Shown: positions 1 through 8,895 of the stretch, piece by piece | How the letters are laid out: each line of letters begins with the position of its first letter | How positions within the stretch are numbered: position 1 is the stretch's first letter | Source: a virus | Taxonomy: Duplodnaviria > Heunggongvirae > Uroviricota > Caudoviricetes | Virus record (IMG/VR): IMGVR_UViG_3300024348_000010 | Reading direction: 5' to 3' (one strand) | Length of the DNA: 49,742 nucleotides | Made by a program: the position numbers and the translations under genes | The notes under the pieces: model-generated | The model's input: the letters and a program-made list of their open reading frames with translations, nothing else | The model's database searches: none | What the model was told of the DNA's origin: nothing

Positions 1-1
1 G

Positions 2-1321
2 ACCATAAAGACCAATATCAAGAACGTCGGTTGTTGCGTTTCCGTTTGCAAGCTCGATCAGCGAATCTTGGACTGTCAGGTTGGTAGTATCGATTGTCGA
101 AAGCGTACCGAGAACAGTCAGATTTCCTGAAAGAGAAAGATCTGTAATCGAGAGTGCACTGTTAACATGTAAACCAGCAGAGTTGACTGTGAGTGTCGAT
201 CCAGTTGTAAGGCCAACCGCATCTGCAGTGACATTAATACCGTTAGCAGCACCAACATGAACACCTGTCGAGTTAGATACAAGACCAGCACCACCTACTA
301 CATTGATACCAGCCGCATCAACAGAAATACCATTCGCAGCTTTTGCAAAGACACCAGATGTATTCGATACAATACCATTGTTTGCTACAACAGCGATTGT
401 TGCCGCGCCACCTTCAGAAGAAGATGATCCAGAAATACCGTCGCCAGCTGTAATAGTCGCAACATAGTTGCCCGATGTACCCGAACCAAGAGCAACGTCG
501 CCTGTCAGTTGCGATGTAGCAATCGAAAGGTTGGCTGTATTAACATGCAGACCAGTAGCGTTGCTTACAAGAGTAGCACCGGCTTGAACGAATACGCCAG
601 TCGCATTGGATACAAGACCGCCATTTGTACCAGCAAGAACATTTACGCCATCTGCAGTAACCGAGATACCGTTAGCGCCGTCAACCGCAATCGCGTCTGC
701 AGTAACTGTAATACCGTTACCTGCACCAATGTCAAGAGTGACAGCACCTGATGTACCACCGCCTGTAAGACCAGAACCAGCAGTAACTGCTGTGATATCA
801 GCATCAGTTGGTGTTACCCAGTATACCGATGTTCCGTTCGATGCAAGAACTTGTCCTGCAGTACCAGTCGTACCATTCGCTGTAAGCGAGCTATTTGCAA
901 CAATGCCGCCGTTGAATGTGACTACGTTGGCAAAACTGTGTGTGTTTGTCCAAGCGTAGGTCGCAGCAGCATTGGTAGATACTGCACCGGCCGCTTGCCA
1001 GAAAACATTACCGCCAGCATCGGTTGCCAGCATATAGCCAGCACCAGGCGATGATGTACCGTTTGCAGTAATCGACTGAACGGTAAGGTTTGCAGTTTTC
1101 ACCGCATCGAGGTAACCAGTACCATTCGCAACGAGTGCTTGGTTGGCAGTCAATATGCCGGGATTAAACTTACCTGCAATGGTGATTGACGCACCATTCG
1201 AACCAATAAAGAGGTGATCTCCATTGGCTGTAAATGCTAATTCACCGTTAGCTAATACTGGTGCATCAGCTGTCGTTAACGACCTTTTAATTTGAATTAA
1301 GTTACCGGTATCTACGGCCAT
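2..1321 (-). CDS. Tail fibre-like virion protein, 5' part only (runs off the window start; not in the ORF track)
   Basis: ATG at 1321 preceded by AAAGGA. Open frame MAVDTGNLIQIKRSLTTADAPVLANGELAFTANGDHLFIG..., resembling the IQIKRS..P..LA.GELA..LFIG N-terminal motif of phage fibres. Continues with G/A/N/T/V-rich repeats and no stop to position 2. Confidence 0.8.
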   Translation of the reverse strand, partial: MAVDTGNLIQIKRSLTTADAPVLANGELAFTANGDHLFIGSNGASITIAGKFNPGILTANQALVANGTGYLDAVKTANLTVQSITANGTSSPGAGYMLATDAGGNVFWQAAGAVSTNAAATYAWTNTHSFANVVTFNGGIVANSSLTANGTTGTAGQVLASNGTSVYWVTPTDADITAVTAGSGLTGGGTSGAVTLDIGAGNGITVTADAIAVDGANGISVTADGVNVLAGTNGGLVSNATGVFVQAGATLVSNATGLHVNTANLSIATSQLTGDVALGSGTSGNYVATITAGDGISGSSSSEGGAATIAVVANNGIVSNTSGVFAKAANGISVDAAGINVVGGAGLVSNSTGVHVGAANGINVTADAVGLTTGSTLTVNSAGLHVNSALSITDLSLSGNLTVLGTLSTIDTTNLTVQDSLIELANGNATTDVLDIGLYG

Positions 1322-1339
1322 GTTTTTATTCCTTTTAGG

Positions 1340-1585
1340 TTAAAATGATCCGCCGTCGAGATCTACTGCTAGATCTGCGAATGACAGTTGTCTCACCTCA
1401 TATTTATCATTTTGAGAATTGTAGATTAATGTAGCGCCATTGGCGGCTTCAACGACGCTGACGTCGAGTATGTTTTCAATACTTCTTATTTCCTGAATTT
1501 GATTCTTCAGAGTAATAGGTCCAGTAGATGATAATCTGCCGTTGTTATTTGTAATTGTAGCGACTAAACGAGATGCACCTGCCAT
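1340..1585 (-). CDS. Small virion-associated protein
   Basis: 81 aa in a tightly packed fibre cluster. Ends in the DLDGGSF motif often seen at the C-termini of T4-like structural proteins. Confidence 0.6.
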   Translation of the reverse strand: MAGASRLVATITNNNGRLSSTGPITLKNQIQEIRSIENILDVSVVEAANGATLIYNSQNDKYEVRQLSFADLAVDLDGGSF

Positions 1586-1914
1586 TATCTTGTAACTCCT
1601 GGTGTAACTGTGACGATACCTTCAACAAGACGAGAAACTGTTCCGCTGCCATCAGTCAACTCACAGTCATATACGTATCTTCCGGCTGTAAGGCCATTTG
1701 TGGTATTTGCCGACATCGAAAGAGCAACGACACCAGTCACAGCAGTAATAGAAACTGTAAATGCGGTTTGAGCAGAAGAAGTATAGTGCTTACGCATCTG
1801 TGCTGCACCTGTAAATCCTGTCAGATTTACGATGTTACCATTTTCATCAGTCACATCAATAGACGTAGCAAATGAAGTGCCTTGATCTATTACTATATTT
1901 GCTTTCAGCGCCAT
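1585..1914 (-). CDS. Conserved virion structural protein (BppU N-terminal-like Ig fold)
   Basis: 109 aa with IDQGTSF...NLTGFTGAAQMRK...L.AGRYVYDCEL...RLVEG.VTVTPGVT, a pattern typical of a conserved T4-like phage structural protein. Its stop overlaps the next start. Confidence 0.7.
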   Translation of the reverse strand: MALKANIVIDQGTSFATSIDVTDENGNIVNLTGFTGAAQMRKHYTSSAQTAFTVSITAVTGVVALSMSANTTNGLTAGRYVYDCELTDGSGTVSRLVEGIVTVTPGVTR

Positions 1915-1930
1915 TTATTCTTCTACCGTG

Positions 1931-2374
1931 TTATGAAAAACTATCTGATGTTAAATCTATAAACCAATATTTAGTTGTTGCGCCATTAGATGCCGACACA
2001 TTAAATTGTTGATTATTATAACCGCCTGTATATGCTGCAAAAAATGTAATTGATGAACCGCTGCCTCCGCTTCCGAAGCTAGCATATCCATTAAATCCGT
2101 CTCCTCCGGTATAAGTCCAAACTACACTTGAAGAAGCACTAATAGTAACTGTCGCTTGAGTGCTATACTGATTATCAGAAAGATAGGTCGGTGATCCGCT
2201 TGTTCCGCCGTCAGGAGAAAAAGTGACCAACGGTATATCTTGATAAGGACGAATTCCTACATATTGCCACGAAGATCCATTCCACATTTTAACAGCGCCA
2301 AAATCTTGGCTCCCGACCCATGATGAGCCGTTCCAATATTTAACTGCTTGGGCGGTCGAAAAAGCTAGAGGCAC
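1931..2374 (-). CDS. Tail fibre-associated protein, possible adhesin tip
   Basis: 147 aa directly after the fibre and its chaperone. The N-terminus has two Trp motifs (VKYWNGSSW, VKMWNGSSW), followed by a G/S/T-rich beta domain. Confidence 0.55.
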   Translation of the reverse strand: MPLAFSTAQAVKYWNGSSWVGSQDFGAVKMWNGSSWQYVGIRPYQDIPLVTFSPDGGTSGSPTYLSDNQYSTQATVTISASSSVVWTYTGGDGFNGYASFGSGGSGSSITFFAAYTGGYNNQQFNVSASNGATTKYWFIDLTSDSFS

Positions 2375-2377
2375 TTA

Positions 2378-2749
2378 TTATGCTCCCGGCGCAGTTGGCC
2401 AAATGACATCTGCGGCATTTGTATAAGTCTGAGTAAGATCTCTTAATGCTTGACGATACGTAGCCCAAGCGGTTTTATCTCCAGGCCAATCTGCCATTTG
2501 AGTATAGTCAGATGAAGTCAAAAGATTATTTCTTCTCGACCTAATTTGTTCCCAAGTAATTACCACAACACGATCTTGCAAAACAAGATTGCCTTCAGAC
2601 AAAACCAATTCTTTATTTTGCATATTCATACCATGGAGAAACTGCTGGTGTTGCTCTGCGGTAATTTCAATAATATCTTGAGGCAATGACGGATACCCAA
2701 AATCAGTATCGTAAAAACCTTTTGTTGTTGGGCTGTAGTAAATTGTCAT
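2378..2749 (-). CDS. Tail fibre assembly chaperone (Tfa-like)
   Basis: MTIYYSPTTKGFYD...IEITAEQHQQFL...IRSRRNNLLTSSDYTQMADWP...WATYRQALRDL...WPTAP is the typical Tfa pattern. Immediately downstream of the fibre gene. Confidence 0.85.
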   Translation of the reverse strand: MTIYYSPTTKGFYDTDFGYPSLPQDIIEITAEQHQQFLHGMNMQNKELVLSEGNLVLQDRVVVITWEQIRSRRNNLLTSSDYTQMADWPGDKTAWATYRQALRDLTQTYTNAADVIWPTAPGA

Positions 2750-2753
2750 TTTA

Positions 2754-4463
2754 TTAATATCCCATTGCTAACCAGTAACCAGTGTGAGAAGTTTCATCTC
2801 CGTTAAACCAACTGAAACCAGTTGTTGATACACTATAAATGGTTGCGCCTTTAGAAGCCTGTCCAAATACACCCAGATCTCCTACTCCATTCATCACTGC
2901 TCGACCGACTGTAGTAAATGATGTTGGGAACGTTCCAGATCCTGTAGTATTCGGAGTAACAGTTACTGTTCCCCACTGAATAATTGCTCCGTTTGGCAAC
3001 TTAGTCCAGCCATTTGATGACAGACTTTGTGTATATCCCGTAGTTCCTGCCGTATCGATCCAGATATCACCAGCAGCAGAAGCAGTAGGTGTAGAACCTG
3101 TTACGAAAACTTGACCACCACTTGTAAATCCAGCTGTAACGTGTCTGAGAATAGGAGCTACGGCACCAGATGCACTTCCTTGTGCACCTTGTGGTCCTTG
3201 AGCACCCGTTGAACCTGCCGCGCCTTGAGCACCAGTTGCACCTTGTGCTCCGTTTATTCCAGTTGGTCCTTGCGAACCAGTTGCACCTTGAGCGCCTTGT
3301 AATCCTTGAGCACCTTGAGGACCAGCAACTGAAGATGCTGCACCTTGTGCACCTGTAAGACCTTGCGGACCAGTTGGTCCTTGTGGTCCTTGAGCTCCAG
3401 TAGCGCCTTGAGGACCGGCAACGGTTGAAGCAGCACCTTGTGCACCAGTTGTTCCTTGTGGTCCTTGTGGTCCTTGAATACCTTGTGCACCTTGTGGTCC
3501 CGTCGGTCCTTGAACCGAAGGTCCTTGTGGTCCTTGAGAACCAGTTGTTCCCTGTGGACCCTGGGAACCAGTTATTCCTTGCGCGCCTTGTGGACCAGGA
3601 ACTGTCGAAGCTGCGCCTTGAGCACCAGTTGGTCCTTGCGAACCAGTTGCACCTTGAGAGCCTTGAGCACCAGTTGCGCCTTGCGCACCTTGAGGTCCAG
3701 CAAGTTGCGTCCACACCAAGTTAGCTGTCGCTCCACTTGATGCAAGAACGAAACCTGTTGTTCCAGCAGATTGTGTAGGTAGAAGGTTATTGATCGATCC
3801 GCCTGTACCGCCTCGAGATGTAGGAAGTGTACCGACAGTAATAGCAGATGCATCAACAAATACGCCTGCTGCGTTCACAGTTAAACCAGCATTCGCTACG
3901 AAACTAATCGTCGGATTTCCAGAAACCCCGTCGCCGTTTGTTACGCTAATGCCGTTCGTAGAAGCAATCGATACCGTATTACCTGTTCCTGTACCAGTTC
4001 TGACTACGATACCATTCGCCGAGATATTATATACGGTGTTAGCATTGCTTGCTGTACCAGTATAAAGTGACGAGTTAACGCCTGCTCCACTTGGAAAGTT
4101 AACAGTATTCGTAACGGTGATATTGTTTGCAAAGACATCGAATCTTGCCGTGGTAGTACCGAGTGCGCCGCCGTTTGCATCTGGTCGTAGTGTTCCATAA
4201 GATGTCGTATTAAATACGAAAGCATTGAAACGGTTTGAAGTATTACCGAGTGGCTGCTGATCTGCAATCAGAAGAACCCCGCCTTGACCGATGGTAACGT
4301 TGGCGTATACAAGAGAACCATTTACTACAAGGTTACCAGATACAACAAACAAGTCGTTTTTAAAGTGCGCGTTGGCTTCTACGTCGACACGATCATAGAA
4401 GATCGCGTTGCCAGAAGCAACTAGACCGTTATCAACCTTAAATCTATTATTTGCGCCTGACAT
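2754..4463 (-). CDS. Collagen-like tail fibre protein with gp53-like C-terminal tip domain
   Basis: 569 aa with about 174 aa of Gly-X-Y repeats. C-terminal [15 protein letters not shown]...TFPTSF...GFSW...YWLAMGY motif typical of fibre tips. Confidence 0.85.
   Translation of the reverse strand: MSGANNRFKVDNGLVASGNAIFYDRVDVEANAHFKNDLFVVSGNLVVNGSLVYANVTIGQGGVLLIADQQPLGNTSNRFNAFVFNTTSYGTLRPDANGGALGTTTARFDVFANNITVTNTVNFPSGAGVNSSLYTGTASNANTVYNISANGIVVRTGTGTGNTVSIASTNGISVTNGDGVSGNPTISFVANAGLTVNAAGVFVDASAITVGTLPTSRGGTGGSINNLLPTQSAGTTGFVLASSGATANLVWTQLAGPQGAQGATGAQGSQGATGSQGPTGAQGAASTVPGPQGAQGITGSQGPQGTTGSQGPQGPSVQGPTGPQGAQGIQGPQGPQGTTGAQGAASTVAGPQGATGAQGPQGPTGPQGLTGAQGAASSVAGPQGAQGLQGAQGATGSQGPTGINGAQGATGAQGAAGSTGAQGPQGAQGSASGAVAPILRHVTAGFTSGGQVFVTGSTPTASAAGDIWIDTAGTTGYTQSLSSNGWTKLPNGAIIQWGTVTVTPNTTGSGTFPTSFTTVGRAVMNGVGDLGVFGQASKGATIYSVSTTGFSWFNGDETSHTGYWLAMGY
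3177..3698 (-). repeat. Collagen-like Gly-X-Y coding repeat
   Basis: [15 protein letters not shown] triplets, interrupted three times by GAAS(T/S)V(P/A)GP and once by GPSVQGP. Confidence 0.95.
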
Positions 4464-4471
4464 ATATTACC

Positions 4472-6526
4472 TTACTTAATGAATTGAGCAACAACTTTTG
4501 CAGCAGTGCTAGATCTTGTTTGATTGACATATACTCTTACGTTTGCAGTAGCCACGTTAGCAGAGAAAGTACCAAGTAAGCTGACTCCGGAATTAGCTGC
4601 AACCGGCGAAGAAACTGTGCCGTATGTTGTAAGCTGCGCAGTCGAATTATCATGAGCAAGTAGTACTTCAGAGATCTGTGTATTACCGGCATTTTTCAAT
4701 TGAATTAAAAGTTTAGCTGTGCTATAGTCTGCCTTTGGATATTCGAAGACAAGAAGATCTGAACCAGTCGTAGCTCCAAGATTTCCGTTTGCAAAGATAT
4801 CAACTACGTGCTCAGTCTTGAAAGTCACGATATTTGCATGTGTAGCAGGACCAGTCACTGCGAGCGTATTCGCTAGAGTAGTTGCTCCTGTTACTCCAAG
4901 AGTACTCGAAAGCGTTGTAGCTCCAGTTACAGTGAGTGTATTCGAAAGATTTGTATTTCCTGTAACCGTCAGCGTATTTGCAAGAGCAACGTTCGAACTG
5001 ACTGTCGCAGCACCTACAACAACAAGATGGCTTGTCGGCGTAATGGTAAGATTCGCAGATGCAGTGATCGATCCATTACCAACTACTGTGTTAAACGTCG
5101 CGTTTCCGACAAGAACCGTAGTAGCATTTGCAAAGACATTCGCGCCGACTGCGACAACTGTTTGGTTGGCAGCGACAATACCAGCAAAGAATCCTGTCGG
5201 CGTAACGTTAGATGTCGACGTCGAATTGACAATGCTAACAATTCGAGTATTCGCTAAAACGGTATTACTACCTTCTGCGGTGAAGAATCGAAGCGATGTT
5301 AACTCAGAAGCGTTAAGCGTATTACCTACAAATACTCCGCTACTATTCGCTACAACGTTACCAATCGCACTTGTTCCAGTGATTTGAACTGTACCACCAT
5401 TTGTGGCATTTGCCGTCACATTGGCGCCGAGCGAAATCTGAATAGTATTGGCAGTAAAGATGCCAGTTTTGAATGCATTCGGTTCAATGTTTGCAGTGGC
5501 ACTCGAGTTAGCGATGCTAATGATTCGAGTATTTGCAAGAGTGGTATTCGAACCTTCAGACGCAAGGAAACGAACTGATGTGACTTGCGAAGAATTTAAA
5601 GTATTACCTACGTGTAGACCGCTGCTATTTGCGACAGTATTACCGACCGTGCCAGTTCCTGTTACTTGGATCGTACCACCGTTGGTAGCATTCGCAGTCA
5701 CATTAGCACCAAGTGAAACTTGAATGGTGTTGGCTGTAAAGATGCCTGTCTTGAAACTGATAGGATCAATATTTGCAGATGATGTTGTATTGGCAATGCT
5801 GATGATCTGATTGTTTGCGAGCACGGTATTGCTACCTTCTGCTGCAAAGAATCGAACGCTCGTCATCTGGCTATTCGTAACAGTGTTGCCTACATATAGA
5901 CCGCTGCTATTTGATACACTATTACCGACTGCACCTGATCCTGTGACTTGGATCGTACCACCATTTGTGGCATTGGCAGTAACGTTGGCACCTAATGTAA
6001 TCTGAATCGTGTTCGCTACAAACAATCCAGTGCTAAAGCTGATTGGATTCATCGTAGCAGTATTAGTGCTATTCGCGGCAACAACTGCGAATGCAGTTGC
6101 TGTTGTATTCGTGGTCGAGTTCGACTGAATCGTCAGCTTCGTCGTGTTAGCGACAAGATTTGCACCAGTCAAACCAGCATGTAGACCGTACTGCCACATG
6201 AATGTGTTCGAAGAACCGTTGGCAACTTCGAGACGAATCTCGGTCGAGTTAACATTGCTCAGAACAGTGTTCGTGCTGATCATCAGATTGGCAAACGAAC
6301 CGTTAACGTTTCCGCCCTTCATCCAGTTTGTTACGACGAGATTGTTAGCGCCAAATGTTCCGTATAGCTGAGCTGTTCTTGGAAACGCGGTGTTACCCGT
6401 GTTTGCATACGTACTGTTTGCAGTAATGATTTCTGTCGAGAGCGCGTTGAGAAGTTCATTGGTCTCGAGGAGCCAAATCTCAAACGAGTCGGTAATTACA
6501 TCAACATTAGCTACTGGTCTTGACAT
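4472..6526 (-). CDS. Fibre-like virion protein with 94-aa tandem repeats
   Basis: 684 aa. N-terminal DSFEIWLLETNEL motif and C-terminal YSTAKLLIQL...SEVLLAHD...LTTYGTV domain, both typical of T4-like fibre or connector proteins. Rich in A/N/T/S/V. Confidence 0.75.
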   Translation of the reverse strand: MSRPVANVDVITDSFEIWLLETNELLNALSTEIITANSTYANTGNTAFPRTAQLYGTFGANNLVVTNWMKGGNVNGSFANLMISTNTVLSNVNSTEIRLEVANGSSNTFMWQYGLHAGLTGANLVANTTKLTIQSNSTTNTTATAFAVVAANSTNTATMNPISFSTGLFVANTIQITLGANVTANATNGGTIQVTGSGAVGNSVSNSSGLYVGNTVTNSQMTSVRFFAAEGSNTVLANNQIISIANTTSSANIDPISFKTGIFTANTIQVSLGANVTANATNGGTIQVTGTGTVGNTVANSSGLHVGNTLNSSQVTSVRFLASEGSNTTLANTRIISIANSSATANIEPNAFKTGIFTANTIQISLGANVTANATNGGTVQITGTSAIGNVVANSSGVFVGNTLNASELTSLRFFTAEGSNTVLANTRIVSIVNSTSTSNVTPTGFFAGIVAANQTVVAVGANVFANATTVLVGNATFNTVVGNGSITASANLTITPTSHLVVVGAATVSSNVALANTLTVTGNTNLSNTLTVTGATTLSSTLGVTGATTLANTLAVTGPATHANIVTFKTEHVVDIFANGNLGATTGSDLLVFEYPKADYSTAKLLIQLKNAGNTQISEVLLAHDNSTAQLTTYGTVSSPVAANSGVSLLGTFSANVATANVRVYVNQTRSSTAAKVVAQFIK
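5201..6046 (-). repeat. Three 282-nt (94-aa) tandem coding repeats
   Basis: Homologous anchors (acttggatcgtaccacc and a variant) at 5382, 5664 and 5946, exactly 282 nt apart. The unit is PISF.TG.F.ANTIQ..LGANVTANATNGGT.Q...NSSGL.VGNT...TS.RF...EGSNT.LAN..I.SI.N. Confidence 0.92.
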
Positions 6527-6735
6527 TAATTTCTTCCATTCACTACTTGTAAGAGTAGAGTTTTAATTTCTTTGAGATCGTCTTCGACTGCACTTATTCT
6601 ATTTGACAGATCTTTGCTATTCTTCGCTTTCGATCTCTCTGCTACAAACTTTGCATAAGATGCATCGTCTGTATTTATGAAAGCTCCAGTAGAAGTATCT
6701 TTCATGAATCCATCAGTTTCAGTCTTGACTAACAT
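6526..6735 (-). CDS. Small conserved T4-like phage protein
   Basis: 69 aa with a KDTSTGAFINTD motif and a C-terminal coiled coil. Stop/start overlaps on both sides. Confidence 0.7.
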   Translation of the reverse strand: MLVKTETDGFMKDTSTGAFINTDDASYAKFVAERSKAKNSKDLSNRISAVEDDLKEIKTLLLQVVNGRN

Positions 6736-8849
6736 TATGCGGAAACTCCGATAACCTGAATAGCCTCTACCTTTGGAACAATATGAGATTGCTCTGCAAG
6801 AAGAACGATCTTGATTTGCATCGATGTATAGCGATCAAACTCAACGTATTCTGAGTTGACATATCTTACAGTGTTATCATTTTCAACGTTATTCCATGCG
6901 ACATTTCTGTACTTTAGTTTATCGATAACAATATCTGATCTTGTAACTCCGGCCGACACGAGACTTGAAGTTGTAATGTTTCGATATGTGCTGATCGCAG
7001 TAGTATTTGCTGCCGAGACTACGAACACTTCATGATTACCAAAGTCTTGATCTTTGATTCGAATCAAGTCGCCAGCAGTAACTGTCGCAGAATGATTGTT
7101 CGTTGTAGTAATGGTATTCGAACCGTAAGTAATTGCTCCAGTTCCTGGAAGAGCGACTTGAAGTTCAGGAGCAGTATCAAATCCATATGTAAATTCGTAC
7201 ATATCATTTGGATCTGTCGAGCTAAAGCGATCGATATTATCTTTCAGTACAAGCGGAGTCCATGCTTTACTTTGGAATGATTCTCTGTCTGCCGCGTTAT
7301 GCACTTTGGCATAGACTTTGATTTCTGTTCCGGCTGGGCGATATCCTGTCAGATATACTACGATATCTTCTGCATACTTGTCTTGAGCAAATCTAATAAC
7401 TTTTGAAAGATACTTTGATTTAGCAAGGCCGTTTGCACCAGTTTCTGTATCATAACTAGCAATGCTACTAAGTCCTACTGTTCTTGTTTCTGTGTAAACG
7501 TTGTTGATGTCGTTTTGATAGAAGTAGAAGTCAAGTTCGCGAGTCGTTGCATAAGGAACACTGAAGCGGTCGATTTCGGCACTGCTTACAGCAATATTCA
7601 GATTCGCGACAACTGATTTTCTTCTGTCTCCAAAAAGATTCGAGCTCTTTGAGGTATCAACTTCGACTGAGCGAGATAAGATATATCCTGTCGCCGACGT
7701 ATCATTCATTTGAAGAAGATTGATGTTTGTTGATGTAGAAGACAACTGATTCGCAGAGTTAGCAATCTTATAGTTAAGAGTAAATGTAGATCCAGAAGGA
7801 TTGCCGATTAAGAATGAAGGCTTAAAGTTATCAACAGGATAGCTATCGATAGAAGCGATATTTGCAGTTGCTCCTGATCTTTCTCCTATAATTCTACCGC
7901 CACTCACCGCAAATTTGTTTGTAGCATTTGCTGAAGAGTCTGCCAAAATCAACTTATACTTTGGATAATCTATGTTATAAGCTAAACCTACGGGTGGAAC
8001 TTTATAACCGATTCCAGAAGCAGAGAAAGCTGGCAAGCTTTCAATTGTCATATGCGTGGCATTCGTGATAGCATTGACAGATAGAATCTGTTTCGCTCCG
8101 CCGCTTTGAACTAAAATTTTAGCTCCGCCAAAAAGATTAGTAAATGTGGTTGCAATACCAACTACGTTTAAACTGTTCGTAGAAACTGTGACAGTGCCAC
8201 TGGCATTCGCGATGTCTTGGTAGATGTATTCTCCACCGATAAAAGCACCAGTGTTAGTATTGTCGATCGTAAAGAATTCATAATCTTTATTTACAAGACT
8301 GATTGTAATGTTATTGGCAGTGTATCTGGCCACCTTGACTTTAAACTTGAGATCTCTGTCGCTCAGTGAACGATGAGCAGAAGTGTTCGTAGGGACATAT
8401 AGCTTGCCGCCGTGTGTTCCTCTTGAACCTACAGACAACGTATTAGTAATCTGGCCGTCAGTTACAAGTCTGTCGCCGAGTACGTTTTGCCATACATCAA
8501 ATCCTGGATCATTAAATTTAAGAACTAATCCGTAATGTTTTCCAGTGGCCAAACGAACAGGATCTTTAAATCCGATTACTGTTGCCGCAGAAGCATCTTG
8601 AGAAGTATTAATCAAATCATACTGAATAAGAGTCATGGAGTTGCGAAGCTGACGAGTCTCAAAAGGAGAATCGTTTTCTACTTCGCAAATCCAAGCGTTT
8701 ACTGTAGGAGCCACTGCACCTGAAACGGTGGCTCCACGCACAGGCTTAGCTTTAAAGAATACGTCGATGGATGTGAGCATGACTTCAGGAGCGTTAGCCA
8801 CTGTTTGCGGATTCACGTAAAAGGTTTGAATATAGTTAAAGCCAGACAT
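6735..8849 (-). CDS. Virion structural protein resembling the C-terminal part of DUF4815/VrlC-like proteins
   Basis: 704 aa. Begins QTFYV...LTSIDVFFKAKP, includes DRDLKFKVKVARY and SKYLSKVI...EDIVVYLTGYRPAGTEIKVY, and ends FDRYTSMQIKIVL...VPKV. Own RBS (AGAGGA). Confidence 0.75.
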   Translation of the reverse strand: MSGFNYIQTFYVNPQTVANAPEVMLTSIDVFFKAKPVRGATVSGAVAPTVNAWICEVENDSPFETRQLRNSMTLIQYDLINTSQDASAATVIGFKDPVRLATGKHYGLVLKFNDPGFDVWQNVLGDRLVTDGQITNTLSVGSRGTHGGKLYVPTNTSAHRSLSDRDLKFKVKVARYTANNITISLVNKDYEFFTIDNTNTGAFIGGEYIYQDIANASGTVTVSTNSLNVVGIATTFTNLFGGAKILVQSGGAKQILSVNAITNATHMTIESLPAFSASGIGYKVPPVGLAYNIDYPKYKLILADSSANATNKFAVSGGRIIGERSGATANIASIDSYPVDNFKPSFLIGNPSGSTFTLNYKIANSANQLSSTSTNINLLQMNDTSATGYILSRSVEVDTSKSSNLFGDRRKSVVANLNIAVSSAEIDRFSVPYATTRELDFYFYQNDINNVYTETRTVGLSSIASYDTETGANGLAKSKYLSKVIRFAQDKYAEDIVVYLTGYRPAGTEIKVYAKVHNAADRESFQSKAWTPLVLKDNIDRFSSTDPNDMYEFTYGFDTAPELQVALPGTGAITYGSNTITTTNNHSATVTAGDLIRIKDQDFGNHEVFVVSAANTTAISTYRNITTSSLVSAGVTRSDIVIDKLKYRNVAWNNVENDNTVRYVNSEYVEFDRYTSMQIKIVLLAEQSHIVPKVEAIQVIGVSA

Positions 8850-8895
8850 GCATTTCCTCTTTTATTTTTATTATTTATCTACCACTCTGTTGATC

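Noticed and set aside
509-1054. Plus-strand ORFs near the window start
   Set aside because: They are antisense shadows of the minus-strand fibre gene at 2-1321, which the track omitted because it is truncated.
3027-3859. Several overlapping ORFs over the collagen region
   Set aside because: These are shadow frames produced by Gly-X-Y codon periodicity and lack independent start signals.
8872-8879. GATAAATA as a definite late promoter (also at 39873-39880)
   Set aside because: It is one mismatch from consensus, and the same 8-mer also occurs inside coding sequence (for example near 1403 and 48777), so chance cannot be excluded.
8850-8895. Pseudogene or sequencing error splitting DUF4815
   Set aside because: Both ORFs are long and intact, and the downstream one has a good RBS in an AT-rich spacer. 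Kept only as a fission observation.
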